Source: Octopus sinensis | Taxonomy: Eukaryota | Direction: 5' to 3' | Length of the DNA stretch: 7,017 nucleotides | Assembly: GCF_006345805.1 (NCBI RefSeq) | Contig: NW_021829068.1 | Span: 1 to 7,017 of the forward strand | Shown: piece after piece, positions 6,912 through 7,017 of the stretch | How the letters are laid out: each line of letters starts with the position of its first letter | Position numbering within the stretch: the first letter of the stretch is position 1 | Position numbers and translations under genes: made by a program | Notes under the pieces: model-generated | Told to the model about the DNA's origin: nothing | The model's input: only the letters and a program-made list of their open reading frames with translations | Database searches by the model: none

Positions 6912-7017
6912 CGCAGGAGTGACTGTGTGGTAAGTAGCTTGCTAACCAACCACATGGTTCCGAGTTCAGTCCCACTGCGTGGCATCTTGGGCAAGTGTCT
7001 TCTGCTATAGCCCCCGG
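6912..7017 (+). mobile_element. 5' head of tRNA-derived SINE (runs off window end)
   Basis: About 90% identical by eye to the reverse complement of 5868-5966. A box 6920-6930, B box 6963-6973. Confidence 0.92.

Noticed and set aside
6133-7010. Multiple ORFs of 82-123 aa
   Set aside because: Derived from (CATA)n arrays or running into the SINE head.

Overview
AT-rich, microsatellite-dense eukaryotic non-coding DNA (intronic or intergenic). The SINE families resemble octopus/coleoid cephalopod repeats; this assignment is from memory, not a database search. No intact protein-coding gene is supported, and most listed ORFs are microsatellite or antisense-transposon artefacts. The window is a mosaic of transposon relics: a full-length tRNA-derived SINE with an 11-bp target-site duplication (3741-4094); three pieces of a second SINE family (229-415, 5421-5969, 6912-7017); a CR1 LINE 3' end (4156-4357); a MER1/Charlie-like hAT MITE relic; a complete non-autonomous Helitron (4778-5175); and a probable R4/Dong LINE relic. 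The most interesting signal is a ~490-nt cassette bounded by (TA)n arrays (1989-2474). It carries two divergent hammerhead-ribozyme-like folds typical of Penelope-like elements or retrozymes: a near-canonical type I hammerhead with a long stem II on +, and a minimal variant on -. Activity and novelty of these folds are unproven.
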